This document shows positions 47,034 through 55,646 of a DNA stretch of 64,000 nt, piece by piece. The notes under the pieces were generated by a model. It was not told where the DNA came from, searched no databases, and was given only the letters and a program-made list of their open reading frames with translations. The stretch comes from a virus: IMG/VR virus record IMGVR_UViG_3300010413_000022, positions 5,703 to 69,702 of that record, one strand, 5' to 3'. Position 1 is the first letter of the stretch. Every line of letters begins with the position of its first letter. Both the position numbers and the translations under genes were made by a program.

Positions 47034-47751
47034 ATCTAATAGGTTTTATTAGTGAATCAAATCCTAATTCAGTGGCAACAACCATAGTAGAAATAATGTA
47101 AGTATCTATAAGCTGTAAATTCCACTTTGGAGTTTGTAATTTCAGGTAATCGCTCTTAACATCCATAAATCCGTTCTCAATCAATATACCTGCATAATTA
47201 GCAAGAACCGGGTGTTTGGTGTTTAAGTCATACCCGGTAATAACAGTGAAGTTTGCTTCCCTGTCAAGGTCTCTTACTTTCTCGTTTTTGGCAAGGCCAT
47301 AATCAAACCTAAACCGCTCATTTGGCATAAAGTTTTTAAACTCATTGCCTATCATGGTACATATTGGATCAGCATGTGTTTCTCCACGACTTGTAAAGAA
47401 TGTAAATCCTCCCGGGCCACTCCACCAAGCAGGTGGATTTTTGAAAGCATCATTGTGCAGTGAAAGCACAATTAACAGGTCATAGTCCTGTGATAACTCA
47501 TTGTAAACATTAACCCGGTTACGTAAACCCGGTTCGGTTTCCAAGGTTAAAAATGGACTTGATAAATCCCATAGGTTACTTTTGGTATTTTTAAGCCCGT
47601 CAAAAATTTGTTCTATGGTTTCACGAGACCAACGGTATTCTTTATGCTTTCCGTCAGGGCTTGCTTTACCAGAAACATTCTTGCCGTGTGCTGGGTCAAA
47701 AGCTATTCCTAATGATTTTGGTTTAAATCCTATTTCTTTAATTAAATCCAT
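47017..47751 (-). CDS. N-acetylmuramoyl-L-alanine amidase (Amidase_3 endolysin)
   Basis: DPAHG..GKxSPDG..EY, SLHNDA, LIENGFMD zinc/catalytic motifs. Confidence 0.9.
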   Translation of the reverse strand: MDLIKEIGFKPKSLGIAFDPAHGKNVSGKASPDGKHKEYRWSRETIEQIFDGLKNTKSNLWDLSSPFLTLETEPGLRNRVNVYNELSQDYDLLIVLSLHNDAFKNPPAWWSGPGGFTFFTSRGETHADPICTMIGNEFKNFMPNERFRFDYGLAKNEKVRDLDREANFTVITGYDLNTKHPVLANYAGILIENGFMDVKSDYLKLQTPKWNLQLIDTYIISTMVVATELGFDSLIKPIRYETKR

Positions 47752-47754
47752 AAC

Positions 47755-47787
47755 ACAAATATAGTTTTATTTTTACTACGGTCAAAA
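47755..47787 (-). promoter_or_regulatory. promoter/operator TTTTGACCGTAGTAAAAATAAAACTATATTTG upstream of endolysin
   Basis: Same motif as 28698, 56892 and 59850; the -7 box ends a few nt before the ATG. Confidence 0.7.
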
Positions 47788-47798
47788 TTAATTATGTT

Positions 47799-48314
47799 TT
47801 ATTTTGGTATCCATGCGTTTGAATACTTATGGTTCTCTGTATCCAGCTTTTTAAATACATTCTGCTTAAGTAACAAATCAACTTCCTGAGTGTTTGCTCC
47901 AATAGCCTCAGCAACTTGTTCCTTACTGTAACTGAATTCATGTATAACCTTAGACACTAGCTCGTGCATCTTTATAGCTACATGAGAACCTTTAGCCCGG
48001 TTTATACGAACGGTTAACAGCATACGTTCAGGCACGGTTAAATCAAACCTGATAATTGGGTTATATCCTTGGTACTTCTCTACAATATCAGTGTCATTTT
48101 TCGATAGCCAATTTCTATGAAAACCGTCAATAATATCAAGTTCCTTGGAAACCAGTATTGGTTGAATCCAGCCAGTGGTCAGCAATGAATATTTAAGTAG
48201 GTTCATTTCTGCATTGAATACAACATTAGGGTTATAATCATTAGCTTTCAATTCTGCGGCTTTAACCCATTCAATCTGACTTATAGGCTCTTTAGTAAAT
48301 TTAATATCTTGCAT
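47799..48314 (-). CDS. IbrB/YbdM-like ParB-nuclease domain protein
   Basis: ANDYNPNxV..EM.LL..S....GW.QPI, IIDGFHR, TVRINRAKG.H. Confidence 0.85.
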   Translation of the reverse strand: MQDIKFTKEPISQIEWVKAAELKANDYNPNVVFNAEMNLLKYSLLTTGWIQPILVSKELDIIDGFHRNWLSKNDTDIVEKYQGYNPIIRFDLTVPERMLLTVRINRAKGSHVAIKMHELVSKVIHEFSYSKEQVAEAIGANTQEVDLLLKQNVFKKLDTENHKYSNAWIPK

Positions 48315-48813
48315 AAATTCCTTTCCTGTTTTTTATTTTATAAATAGTACTTCTATTTACTCCGAATTTATAAGCTATATCAGAAATTGGAGTATTAGAA
48401 TTGATGTGTTTTATAACATCTAATACCTGTTGGTTTGTAAATATTTTCTTTCTAACTGCGTTACGCTTACGCAGTGCAGTCAACCTAACACTCTTGGGTT
48501 TATCTTGCTCATTCTCTGATTTTGTTCCTAGGACTATATTAGCTTTTGATATATTCATTACATTAGCATCCAAATGTCTTACTTGTAGTTTTTTATCAAA
48601 AACTTTATCTCCGTAAAAACAAAATGCTGCAAACCTATGAACTCTAACAGTAATAAACTTATCTCCATTTCTAAATGATACAGTAGGATAAAACTGCCCT
48701 TTAGATATATGGAATTTACGCTCTTTACCAAGTTTATTTATAAGCTTACCATCTAAAGTAACCCTATAGCCTTTATTGTAAATTATTTCTAGTTTACTTA
48801 ATTCCATGGTCAA
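48301..48813 (-). CDS. HNH endonuclease with C-terminal HTH
   Basis: VHRFAA...VRHLDAN..N....N...GTKSEN..D. Confidence 0.8.
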   Translation of the reverse strand: MTMELSKLEIIYNKGYRVTLDGKLINKLGKERKFHISKGQFYPTVSFRNGDKFITVRVHRFAAFCFYGDKVFDKKLQVRHLDANVMNISKANIVLGTKSENEQDKPKSVRLTALRKRNAVRKKIFTNQQVLDVIKHINSNTPISDIAYKFGVNRSTIYKIKNRKGIYARY

Positions 48814-49198
48814 CTCTTAGTATGTTAAAATCATGCTTAAACACAGGTGGATATTGTTTTCCACTGTTTATTTCAACCCAATATTTCCTACATGCTTCTG
48901 GTGCTCTATGTATTGAATGCAAAACCATATGACACCTCCAACACATTTCCCAGAGAACTTCATTCATAGCATCTTTATGCTCATCGGTAACCGGGTATCC
49001 TTGCTCATAATGGTTGCCAAGTATGGTAAGAGTAACATCATAATCCTCATTGTGCAGCATTATAATTCCTTTGTCCTGAGAACAGCGTTCACAAACCTTG
49101 GTTTGCTTACCAGTTATAATACCATCTTTTATAGCTTTCATTGTCCAAGCGTAAGACTGGCTACGCTGCTTTCCTGTCCATTTTTTATATTGCTTCAC
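48794..49198 (-). CDS. HNH-like zinc-binding protein
   Basis: CERC...HNEDY...CWRCH..H. Confidence 0.6.
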   Translation of the reverse strand: MKQYKKWTGKQRSQSYAWTMKAIKDGIITGKQTKVCERCSQDKGIIMLHNEDYDVTLTILGNHYEQGYPVTDEHKDAMNEVLWEMCWRCHMVLHSIHRAPEACRKYWVEINSGKQYPPVFKHDFNILRVDHGIK

Positions 49199-49565
49199 GG
49201 GTTACGAATGTTATGTTGTTTTTAATTGATTTTTTGATAAAGCCTCTACGCACATAAGTTCCTAAAGACATAGGGGTACAAAAAGCTGTCATTCTAACAT
49301 CTCCAAATTTATCTTTGATAATCTTAAGCCTTTTCACAAACAACTGGTCGTATACGCCTCTATTCCGGCAATCTTCAACTACAAAATCAGTTTTAAGCCT
49401 TATTGAGTCTCTTAAAACCTTATAGCCTACAAAGCCTGTTATTTTAGTGTTCTCATAGGCTGCAATATATATAGTACCGTCATTCTTTTTGAATGCAACC
49501 CTAGATTTGTTCAGCTCAGGAACAAATTTATATAATTGACTTTCCTCTATAAAATCCATTTTCAT
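49185..49565 (-). CDS. GNAT-family acetyltransferase
   Basis: GFVGY, FVxExxRNRGVY, YxRRGF. Confidence 0.8.
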   Translation of the reverse strand: MKMDFIEESQLYKFVPELNKSRVAFKKNDGTIYIAAYENTKITGFVGYKVLRDSIRLKTDFVVEDCRNRGVYDQLFVKRLKIIKDKFGDVRMTAFCTPMSLGTYVRRGFIKKSIKNNITFVTREAI

Positions 49566-50643
49566 AATCTAAATCTTCTTTGGTTGGTGTAACTCTTGGA
49601 GGTATCATGTGCCTACTGCCTTTAACAACCGTTTTAAAAACGTACAGTAAAGGGTAACCACCAAAGTTTTTTGTACCTCTTTTATTGTCTCTTATAGCCT
49701 TGGCATTTTTTACAAACTTCAAAATCTTATCACGTTCTACCTGTGATGGGTAGCTGTCAATTATGTATTTGTAAATACCGTTCCAAGTTGGTTGATAGTT
49801 CTCAATAGCACTGTACATGTCATAATCGTTATGGTAACGCTCCTGCAAGGTAAGCTCAGGAAACATGTTAACAAGCTGTTGATAAAGTGTAGGGTACATA
49901 CCTCTAAGCTTATGGAATTGCCGGGCTGCCTCCGGGTGTATTGCAGAGGCAACTCTTAAAGGTTTCCCGGCAAACATTTGTATGTTATAAGTGTCGCAAT
50001 AGTCAATTCTCTCATCATAGAGATACTTAAAAATATCATCCTCAGTCCAGTCATATATTGGTTTGCAAACTCTAACATTCTGCAGACTGCTTTTTGCAAT
50101 ATAACACTGGTCTCCTTTGTGCTTATTATTGACTATTGACCTAAGCCGGGTAAGGCTTTCATCAGCCCTGACACCTATTACAATTGCAATACGGTTAGTT
50201 TTGTTTTGGAATATAAACTTTTCAAAGGTAGTTTCATCATGTACAATGTCTGATTCATCCTGTATAGCAAACTCAGGTATGGGTCTAATATGCTTGCGCT
50301 TCTTATCCCACTGTATTATACTCTTTGTTTCTCCAAGTATGTATATCTGGCTATATTGCTGTAGAACATAATACCTAAAATTAAACCTTCCGGAGTTCAT
50401 TTTTTTCTCAACAAACTCAATTATATCATCAGATATAAACTCCTCATCACGAAAAAACACATTGAGCTTTGATTTTATGCCTCGCTCTTTGTAAATCTTA
50501 TCAAACATTTCAAGTGTAACAAGACTGTCTTTACCTCCTGAGAATGCAATCCAGATTTCATCAAAATTATTGATTATGTTGTTTATCCTGTCTCTTGCTG
50601 CACTTAATACATCAAGATTTAGTTCCTGTTTTACTTTTGTCAT
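49528..50643 (-). CDS. IbrA-like PAPS-reductase family (PP-loop) protein
   Basis: V..AA.DRI, AFSGGKDS, GVRADESLTR, PIYDWTxxDI. Confidence 0.88.
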   Translation of the reverse strand: MTKVKQELNLDVLSAARDRINNIINNFDEIWIAFSGGKDSLVTLEMFDKIYKERGIKSKLNVFFRDEEFISDDIIEFVEKKMNSGRFNFRYYVLQQYSQIYILGETKSIIQWDKKRKHIRPIPEFAIQDESDIVHDETTFEKFIFQNKTNRIAIVIGVRADESLTRLRSIVNNKHKGDQCYIAKSSLQNVRVCKPIYDWTEDDIFKYLYDERIDYCDTYNIQMFAGKPLRVASAIHPEAARQFHKLRGMYPTLYQQLVNMFPELTLQERYHNDYDMYSAIENYQPTWNGIYKYIIDSYPSQVERDKILKFVKNAKAIRDNKRGTKNFGGYPLLYVFKTVVKGSRHMIPPRVTPTKEDLDYENGFYRGKSII

Positions 50644-51253
50644 CTACCTTCATTAATAAGCGTTTCAACGTCTCAGCAATTGTTTCACCTTTCTTCTTTG
50701 ATTTGTCAATTATTTCAGTAACGAAAACATAATCATCTTTGTTAGGAAACAACACTTCTAACGTAAAGAACCGGGTTGTTTTAGTTTTACCGCTTGTGCT
50801 GGCATCATCAGAATCATCATTAGGGTTAGATTTTCCCTGTTCAAAATCAAGGTAGTCAAAACCTGAATCTACAAGTATGTCCTTGTTCCAGTTATCAGAG
50901 TTTAACATTTCCCAATCCCATTCACCACCTAGTTTATTAGCAGTAATATTAGCTTTATCCCTTTGCTTTTCATTCCACTTTACAGCCCGGTAAGACATGG
51001 TTGTTCCATCTTTTAATTCAAAATAACCAAGCTTAACCGTACCCTGAGCATCAGGTTCATCAAACTCTTTAGTAATTACCGGGTCTACACCTTCGAGACC
51101 AAGAGCTTTAACTCTCTGGTTTCCAGTTATTATTTCATCAGTTTCCAAATCGTGGGTAATACCACTTAAATCTCCCAGCTCAATAATATTCTTCTTAAGC
51201 CTGTCAAGTTCAAACTTGGAGATTTTCCTGGGGTTCTTAAAAAATTCTTTCAT
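50612..51253 (-). CDS. ParB-like N-terminal domain protein
   Basis: NPRKI....L...I..LG, IITGNQRV, NI.ANK.GGEWD..L. Confidence 0.75.
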   Translation of the reverse strand: MKEFFKNPRKISKFELDRLKKNIIELGDLSGITHDLETDEIITGNQRVKALGLEGVDPVITKEFDEPDAQGTVKLGYFELKDGTTMSYRAVKWNEKQRDKANITANKLGGEWDWEMLNSDNWNKDILVDSGFDYLDFEQGKSNPNDDSDDASTSGKTKTTRFFTLEVLFPNKDDYVFVTEIIDKSKKKGETIAETLKRLLMKVDDKSKTGTKS

Positions 51254-51344
51254 GCTGTTTTATTTTCCATGTTGTTGCTGTTTTTTTACAACTGTAAAGA
51301 TAATAAAATATAGCCAGCGTTAAAACTGGCTATACGAAATAAGT

Positions 51345-52145
51345 TTAAAATGCAGACGGGTTTGTTTCTAAGTCAACATCTTCAACGGCTTTGCCTTTTG
51401 CATCAGCTTGTGATTCAACGGCTGTTTGTTCTTCTTTCTGTTCAACACTTTCATCTTGACCCTCGTTCAAGTCATCTTCCAAGCTTTCCTCTGGAAAACC
51501 TATTTCAAAACCAGATATATCATCGTTTTCAAACTCATCCGGATCGTAACCTTTAATATCAAATAAAGTACGCTGGTCTTTTTCGGTCATTGGCTCTGTA
51601 GCAAGCAGTTCACCTGTAATGCTGTCATTGTAGTATTTAACTTTTTCTTTAAAATTCATTACTACAACAACTGTTTTATCACGAAGCTCATAACCTTGTC
51701 GATGTAACTGTGCTTTTTCAGTGAGGTCAGCATTTATGTCGGCAATCTTGTCGTTGTAGCTTTTAACAATTGACTTTTTCTCTTTTTCAAGCTTATCTAT
51801 TTCAGCAATATCCTCGCAGATATGATCAGCTTTTTCTTTTAGTTCCTCAATACTAAAATTATGCCTCAATGTTTTTCTGTGGTTATATGGAAGCTGTACC
51901 TCATCATCCTTGCCAATAGCCATAAATTCAACCCTTGTGTCTGCTGGTTTGGAATCTATAAGATTCTTCCAAGGAAGTTCTGCAGGAATCTTGTACATCA
52001 AGAATGGTTTTTCAACCTTCTCAAAAACAACTGGAATGTCATAGAAGTTTGAAACATTCTCTATCCATTCAGTAATCATAGCACCCATGTTTTTCTCATT
52101 CATGGCTGGGTCAACCAATACTCTACCGTTGGTAATTACTAACAT
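51345..52145 (-). CDS. hypothetical protein with acidic tail
   Basis: ORF track; QRTLF motif. Confidence 0.7.
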   Translation of the reverse strand: MLVITNGRVLVDPAMNEKNMGAMITEWIENVSNFYDIPVVFEKVEKPFLMYKIPAELPWKNLIDSKPADTRVEFMAIGKDDEVQLPYNHRKTLRHNFSIEELKEKADHICEDIAEIDKLEKEKKSIVKSYNDKIADINADLTEKAQLHRQGYELRDKTVVVVMNFKEKVKYYNDSITGELLATEPMTEKDQRTLFDIKGYDPDEFENDDISGFEIGFPEESLEDDLNEGQDESVEQKEEQTAVESQADAKGKAVEDVDLETNPSAF

Positions 52146-52160
52146 AATTTAAAATTTAAG

Positions 52161-52604
52161 TTAATTAATAGAATCATATTTTATTGTTATTACTGTTTTT
52201 GGTATATCATCAGTGTATTGTTTACGGGCAATTAAACTGGATATTACACTGTCATCTTTCCAGTATATTTTGTTAAGAGCATCTTTGACAAACTTAACCA
52301 AATTATCCAAGTCTGGTTTTGATGTATGCAGTGCCGGGGCAGATGCTTTAAGTTTACTTTTATTTTTTCCGGTACCGAAGTGGCTTTTAGGTCTTGGCAT
52401 ATAAAATATAAACCTTACCCTTATAGCTTCATCAAATGGCTTCTTTGGTTTATGCTGGGCAATAGCTTTCCAAGCAAATGTGTTTTTGTCACTGGAAGAT
52501 GGGTCATAGTTTATGTTTTGACCAGATTTTGTTTTTACTGTCCTATGCCTTTTTAAAGCAACCGGGTCACCATATACGGCAAATTCAATTAATTTATCAT
52601 TCAT
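52161..52604 (-). CDS. rusA: RusA-family Holliday junction resolvase
   Basis: KPDLDNLVKFVKDALN...WKDDS. Confidence 0.9.
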   Translation of the reverse strand: MNDKLIEFAVYGDPVALKRHRTVKTKSGQNINYDPSSSDKNTFAWKAIAQHKPKKPFDEAIRVRFIFYMPRPKSHFGTGKNKSKLKASAPALHTSKPDLDNLVKFVKDALNKIYWKDDSVISSLIARKQYTDDIPKTVITIKYDSIN

Positions 52605-52786
52605 TTTTTCATTTTTTTGAAGTGTGTATATTCAGCATTTTCAAATATCTGTATTCCGGGGCGCAATGCTGGCTCATCAATTATTGTATAAAAAGCTTGA
52701 AAACATGCTTTAGGAATTGCTGAGTATGGTATCCACTCATTAAATGGGTATAGTTTAAACATCTCTCTAGTGTTTATTTGGAACAT
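52601..52786 (-). CDS. hypothetical protein
   Basis: Coupled ORF. Confidence 0.55.
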   Translation of the reverse strand: MFQINTREMFKLYPFNEWIPYSAIPKACFQAFYTIIDEPALRPGIQIFENAEYTHFKKMKK

Positions 52787-53246
52787 ATTGCTCTAAGTTA
52801 TACCTTTCAATATCTGCTAAATGACACCAAAGCTTTTCTTTAGTGCCGGGTATTATTACAGGTCTATGCTTATCAAAAGCCTTCCTGTCAATTCCAGTCA
52901 TTTTAATCATATCAGTGTACGTGTACAGCTTAATACTTTTGTCGAAACTTAAGAACTTAGCTACAGTAGGGCTTGGATACTCACAATTTTTAATAACGCT
53001 GTTTACAGCATCAATAAACCTATTGTCAGTAAAACCTTCCTCTTTAATCATATCAAGCAACACATCATAAAATTCAGGGGTAAGTGCTGGAAATGCCTTT
53101 TTTATCTTGGCGGTTGCTTCAACTACACCTTTAGCTGTAAGCTTATCATTATAAACTGAAAGCTTATAGCTGTCATCAATCCTTTGTAAAGTGTTTTGAT
53201 ACAACCCCGGCAAGCTGCTCGACTGTAGTTCCTTCTTTTTTTCCAT
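52767..53246 (-). CDS. putative helicase-loader-type replication protein (start ATG 53246)
   Basis: Follows initiator; AFP.L...F.D.RF.DAV..VI....YP.PTVA.FLS. Confidence 0.55.
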   Translation of the reverse strand: MEKKKELQSSSLPGLYQNTLQRIDDSYKLSVYNDKLTAKGVVEATAKIKKAFPALTPEFYDVLLDMIKEEGFTDNRFIDAVNSVIKNCEYPSPTVAKFLSFDKSIKLYTYTDMIKMTGIDRKAFDKHRPVIIPGTKEKLWCHLADIERYNLEQYVPNKH

Positions 53247-54453
53247 GTTGTTGCTGCTTTCTGCCCTTTCTGATATTGGCAATTATTTCATTAAATTTAG
53301 TATTAATATTTGAAATACTAAGATTATCAAATACCCAAGTATGCTTATACTCAAGTTGATCCAATAAATATTTCCAAGCTTCAAGTATTTCGTCATCTGT
53401 AGGCTTTGCATCTTTACCGTTTCGCTCCTTGATAACGAAAATTATTTTAGACTTTATGTTGGTCAATTGTTTTCCATCTACAGCTTGGTAATAATAACTA
53501 TCTGATTTTTGTTCTTTATAATACTCCTCAAACACTAAGCGCATCTTGTGGGTCAAAGTGGTAATTTGTGGAGTTTTTTTATTTTTTGGTTTTTCTTCCT
53601 CTTGCTGTTCATCCAGAGAAAGTGAAAACAAAGGCGGTGATTCGCCAGAATTATCGTCAGGTACGTTAGTACCTAATGAATTTTCTACTTCTGTATCTGC
53701 TTCTACCTCTACTTCTACTTCTTTATATAGTTGTAGTTTGCTAATGCTTTGCTTGTGCTTTGCTTTTAAATCACTATTCAAAGCCTCAATAATAGGTTTG
53801 TAATTATTATTAATATCAGGTTGTAAATCGCTAATATACTGGTATATAAAATCCAAACATTCAATATTGTATGATTCTAAATGCCCCGGATATTTATGTT
53901 TTGGTTCATATATATGCTTTGATAATGCTTGTCCTAAGCTTTGCTCATGCTTTAAAGCTTGCTTTGAAAACACTTGTAGTAAGGTTGTAAGCTCATATGG
54001 AATTCTAGTACTATATCTTCTAGCTATTGATACTTTTGTTACTCCAATTTTAACAAATAATTCTTTATCATTATAAACTAACAATATATATAACTGCTCG
54101 CCTTTCTTTCTATCAGTATCTTTCCATTTAGAATTCAATCCTCCTTTAGCTCCACTTAACGACCTAGTATTAGATATATCTTGCATAACTTCAAATTGCT
54201 CATCAAGAAATTCAATACTTATAAAACCATCTGATTGCAATTTTATAATATCACTATCAATCAAATCGTCAATATTATTTGTGTTATTTTTAAATCTCAA
54301 ACACAGCTTATCATAGGTAATATCTCCTTTTTTTAGCCAGTAAAAAGAACATATATTAGCAAAAACGCCTTGACTTTCCATAGAAAGCATAGTAATATCA
54401 CCAGTAAGCCATTCAGAAACATAGAATTTAAAAAATGGTAACTCTTTAGCCAT
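53176..54453 (-). CDS. replication initiator-like protein (DUF1376-type N-terminus) with internal GIY-YIG/T5orf172-like domain
   Basis: LPFFKFYVSEWLTGDI..LS...QG; LYIL....E.FVKIGVT....RRY. Confidence 0.65.
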   Translation of the reverse strand: MAKELPFFKFYVSEWLTGDITMLSMESQGVFANICSFYWLKKGDITYDKLCLRFKNNTNNIDDLIDSDIIKLQSDGFISIEFLDEQFEVMQDISNTRSLSGAKGGLNSKWKDTDRKKGEQLYILLVYNDKELFVKIGVTKVSIARRYSTRIPYELTTLLQVFSKQALKHEQSLGQALSKHIYEPKHKYPGHLESYNIECLDFIYQYISDLQPDINNNYKPIIEALNSDLKAKHKQSISKLQLYKEVEVEVEADTEVENSLGTNVPDDNSGESPPLFSLSLDEQQEEEKPKNKKTPQITTLTHKMRLVFEEYYKEQKSDSYYYQAVDGKQLTNIKSKIIFVIKERNGKDAKPTDDEILEAWKYLLDQLEYKHTWVFDNLSISNINTKFNEIIANIRKGRKQQQHGKKEGTTVEQLAGVVSKHFTKD

Positions 54454-54898
54454 AATGTTCTTTTTTATGGTGCTTTTTACAAAGGGTTACACCGTTATCA
54501 ACATCTAGTCTTAACTCTGGATAATCACAAAAAGGCTTTATGTGGTGCGCTTGAATCTTCTTAGTAGTGCCGCAAACAACACATTTAAAGTTATCTCTCG
54601 AAAACACAGCGAACTTCCATAATTTATATTCTGTGCTATTCCTTACCCTTTTATTATCACTGGTAATACCATCTTGCCAGTTCCAATGTTTTTCCTTTGC
54701 GTTATGCTGAGTATGTAATAATTCAGCTTTCATAACAGCAAAGCAAACATTTAAAACCAGCTCATCTGTCTCAGGGTTCTCATCCTTTACATAGGTAAAA
54801 ACATGCTTCATTAACCTTCCAGCAACATCATCCGGGAGGGCTTTAAACATTGCCGCCCAGCTAGTATACATAATAAATGATTTCTTGTTTTCAGCCAT
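54446..54898 (-). CDS. DUF6291-like N-terminus fused to HNH endonuclease
   Basis: KKSFIMY.SW...LPD..AGRL; NW.DGIT, RDNF.C..CG, HHIKPF, NG.TLC..HH. Confidence 0.75.
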   Translation of the reverse strand: MAENKKSFIMYTSWAAMFKALPDDVAGRLMKHVFTYVKDENPETDELVLNVCFAVMKAELLHTQHNAKEKHWNWQDGITSDNKRVRNSTEYKLWKFAVFSRDNFKCVVCGTTKKIQAHHIKPFCDYPELRLDVDNGVTLCKKHHKKEHYG

Positions 54899-54929
54899 AT
54901 TTTTAAGTGCAATCAAAAAAGGGTAGAGT

Positions 54930-55643
54930 TTAAAGCTCTAACCCTTTAGGTTGTTTGTATTCCAGATAATCCAATAAATTCTCATTAGCGCAAAAGTTTA
55001 TAAACCTGTTGCACCAACCGATAATATCGTTCCACATCTCAGGATATGGGTAATATTCCCATTCCCGATGTATAATAATAGTTTTACCAGCATTTGGTCC
55101 ACGCTTTGGCTGTTGGTACTGAAAATGATTATACTTAAAAACTTTAGCCTCTGTAGCTGCAAGATATAGCTTCCATTGTAAAGACCTCTCAAAATCATCA
55201 AGCTTAGGCTCTTTATCACTGGTCTTATGGTCTGTTACACTTACACCAAGCATTTGGTCTACTCGCATTCTCATTATAACCTCATACCCTTGAATATTGA
55301 GTACAAGTAATAAAGGTATTTCATTTACAGCCCGGCGGTGAGTATCATAATACTGCATTACCGGGGCAAGCTCCTCTCTGGTGAATTCAAAAACATCAGG
55401 CAGTATATTTCCTTTGTTTTTAACCTCAACCCTATAGACACCCTCCATTTCATCATAGTAGGGTTCATATCCCTTTTCAAGAAGTTCATGTATAGCAGTA
55501 CCATAATTTGCTTTTACGCCGTATTCATCGAGGCCTTTGATATTATAAACAACCATATCTTTTGTGAACCAGCCGCCGTACTCCTCATCTATAAACTTTC
55601 TGAAAAGCTCTAATTTACTTGGAGAAAAACTAATTGTCTCCAT
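54930..55643 (-). CDS. PD-(D/E)XK exonuclease (RecB/Cas4-like)
   Basis: S.SKLE, GTAIHELLE, D..DHKTS, QW.LYL. Confidence 0.8.
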   Translation of the reverse strand: METISFSPSKLELFRKFIDEEYGGWFTKDMVVYNIKGLDEYGVKANYGTAIHELLEKGYEPYYDEMEGVYRVEVKNKGNILPDVFEFTREELAPVMQYYDTHRRAVNEIPLLLVLNIQGYEVIMRMRVDQMLGVSVTDHKTSDKEPKLDDFERSLQWKLYLAATEAKVFKYNHFQYQQPKRGPNAGKTIIIHREWEYYPYPEMWNDIIGWCNRFINFCANENLLDYLEYKQPKGLEL

Positions 55644-55646
55644 ACA

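Noticed and set aside
54930-55643. Cas4 of a CRISPR system
   Set aside because: No Fe-S cysteine set, no cas genes or array; context next to Sak4 indicates a recombination exonuclease.
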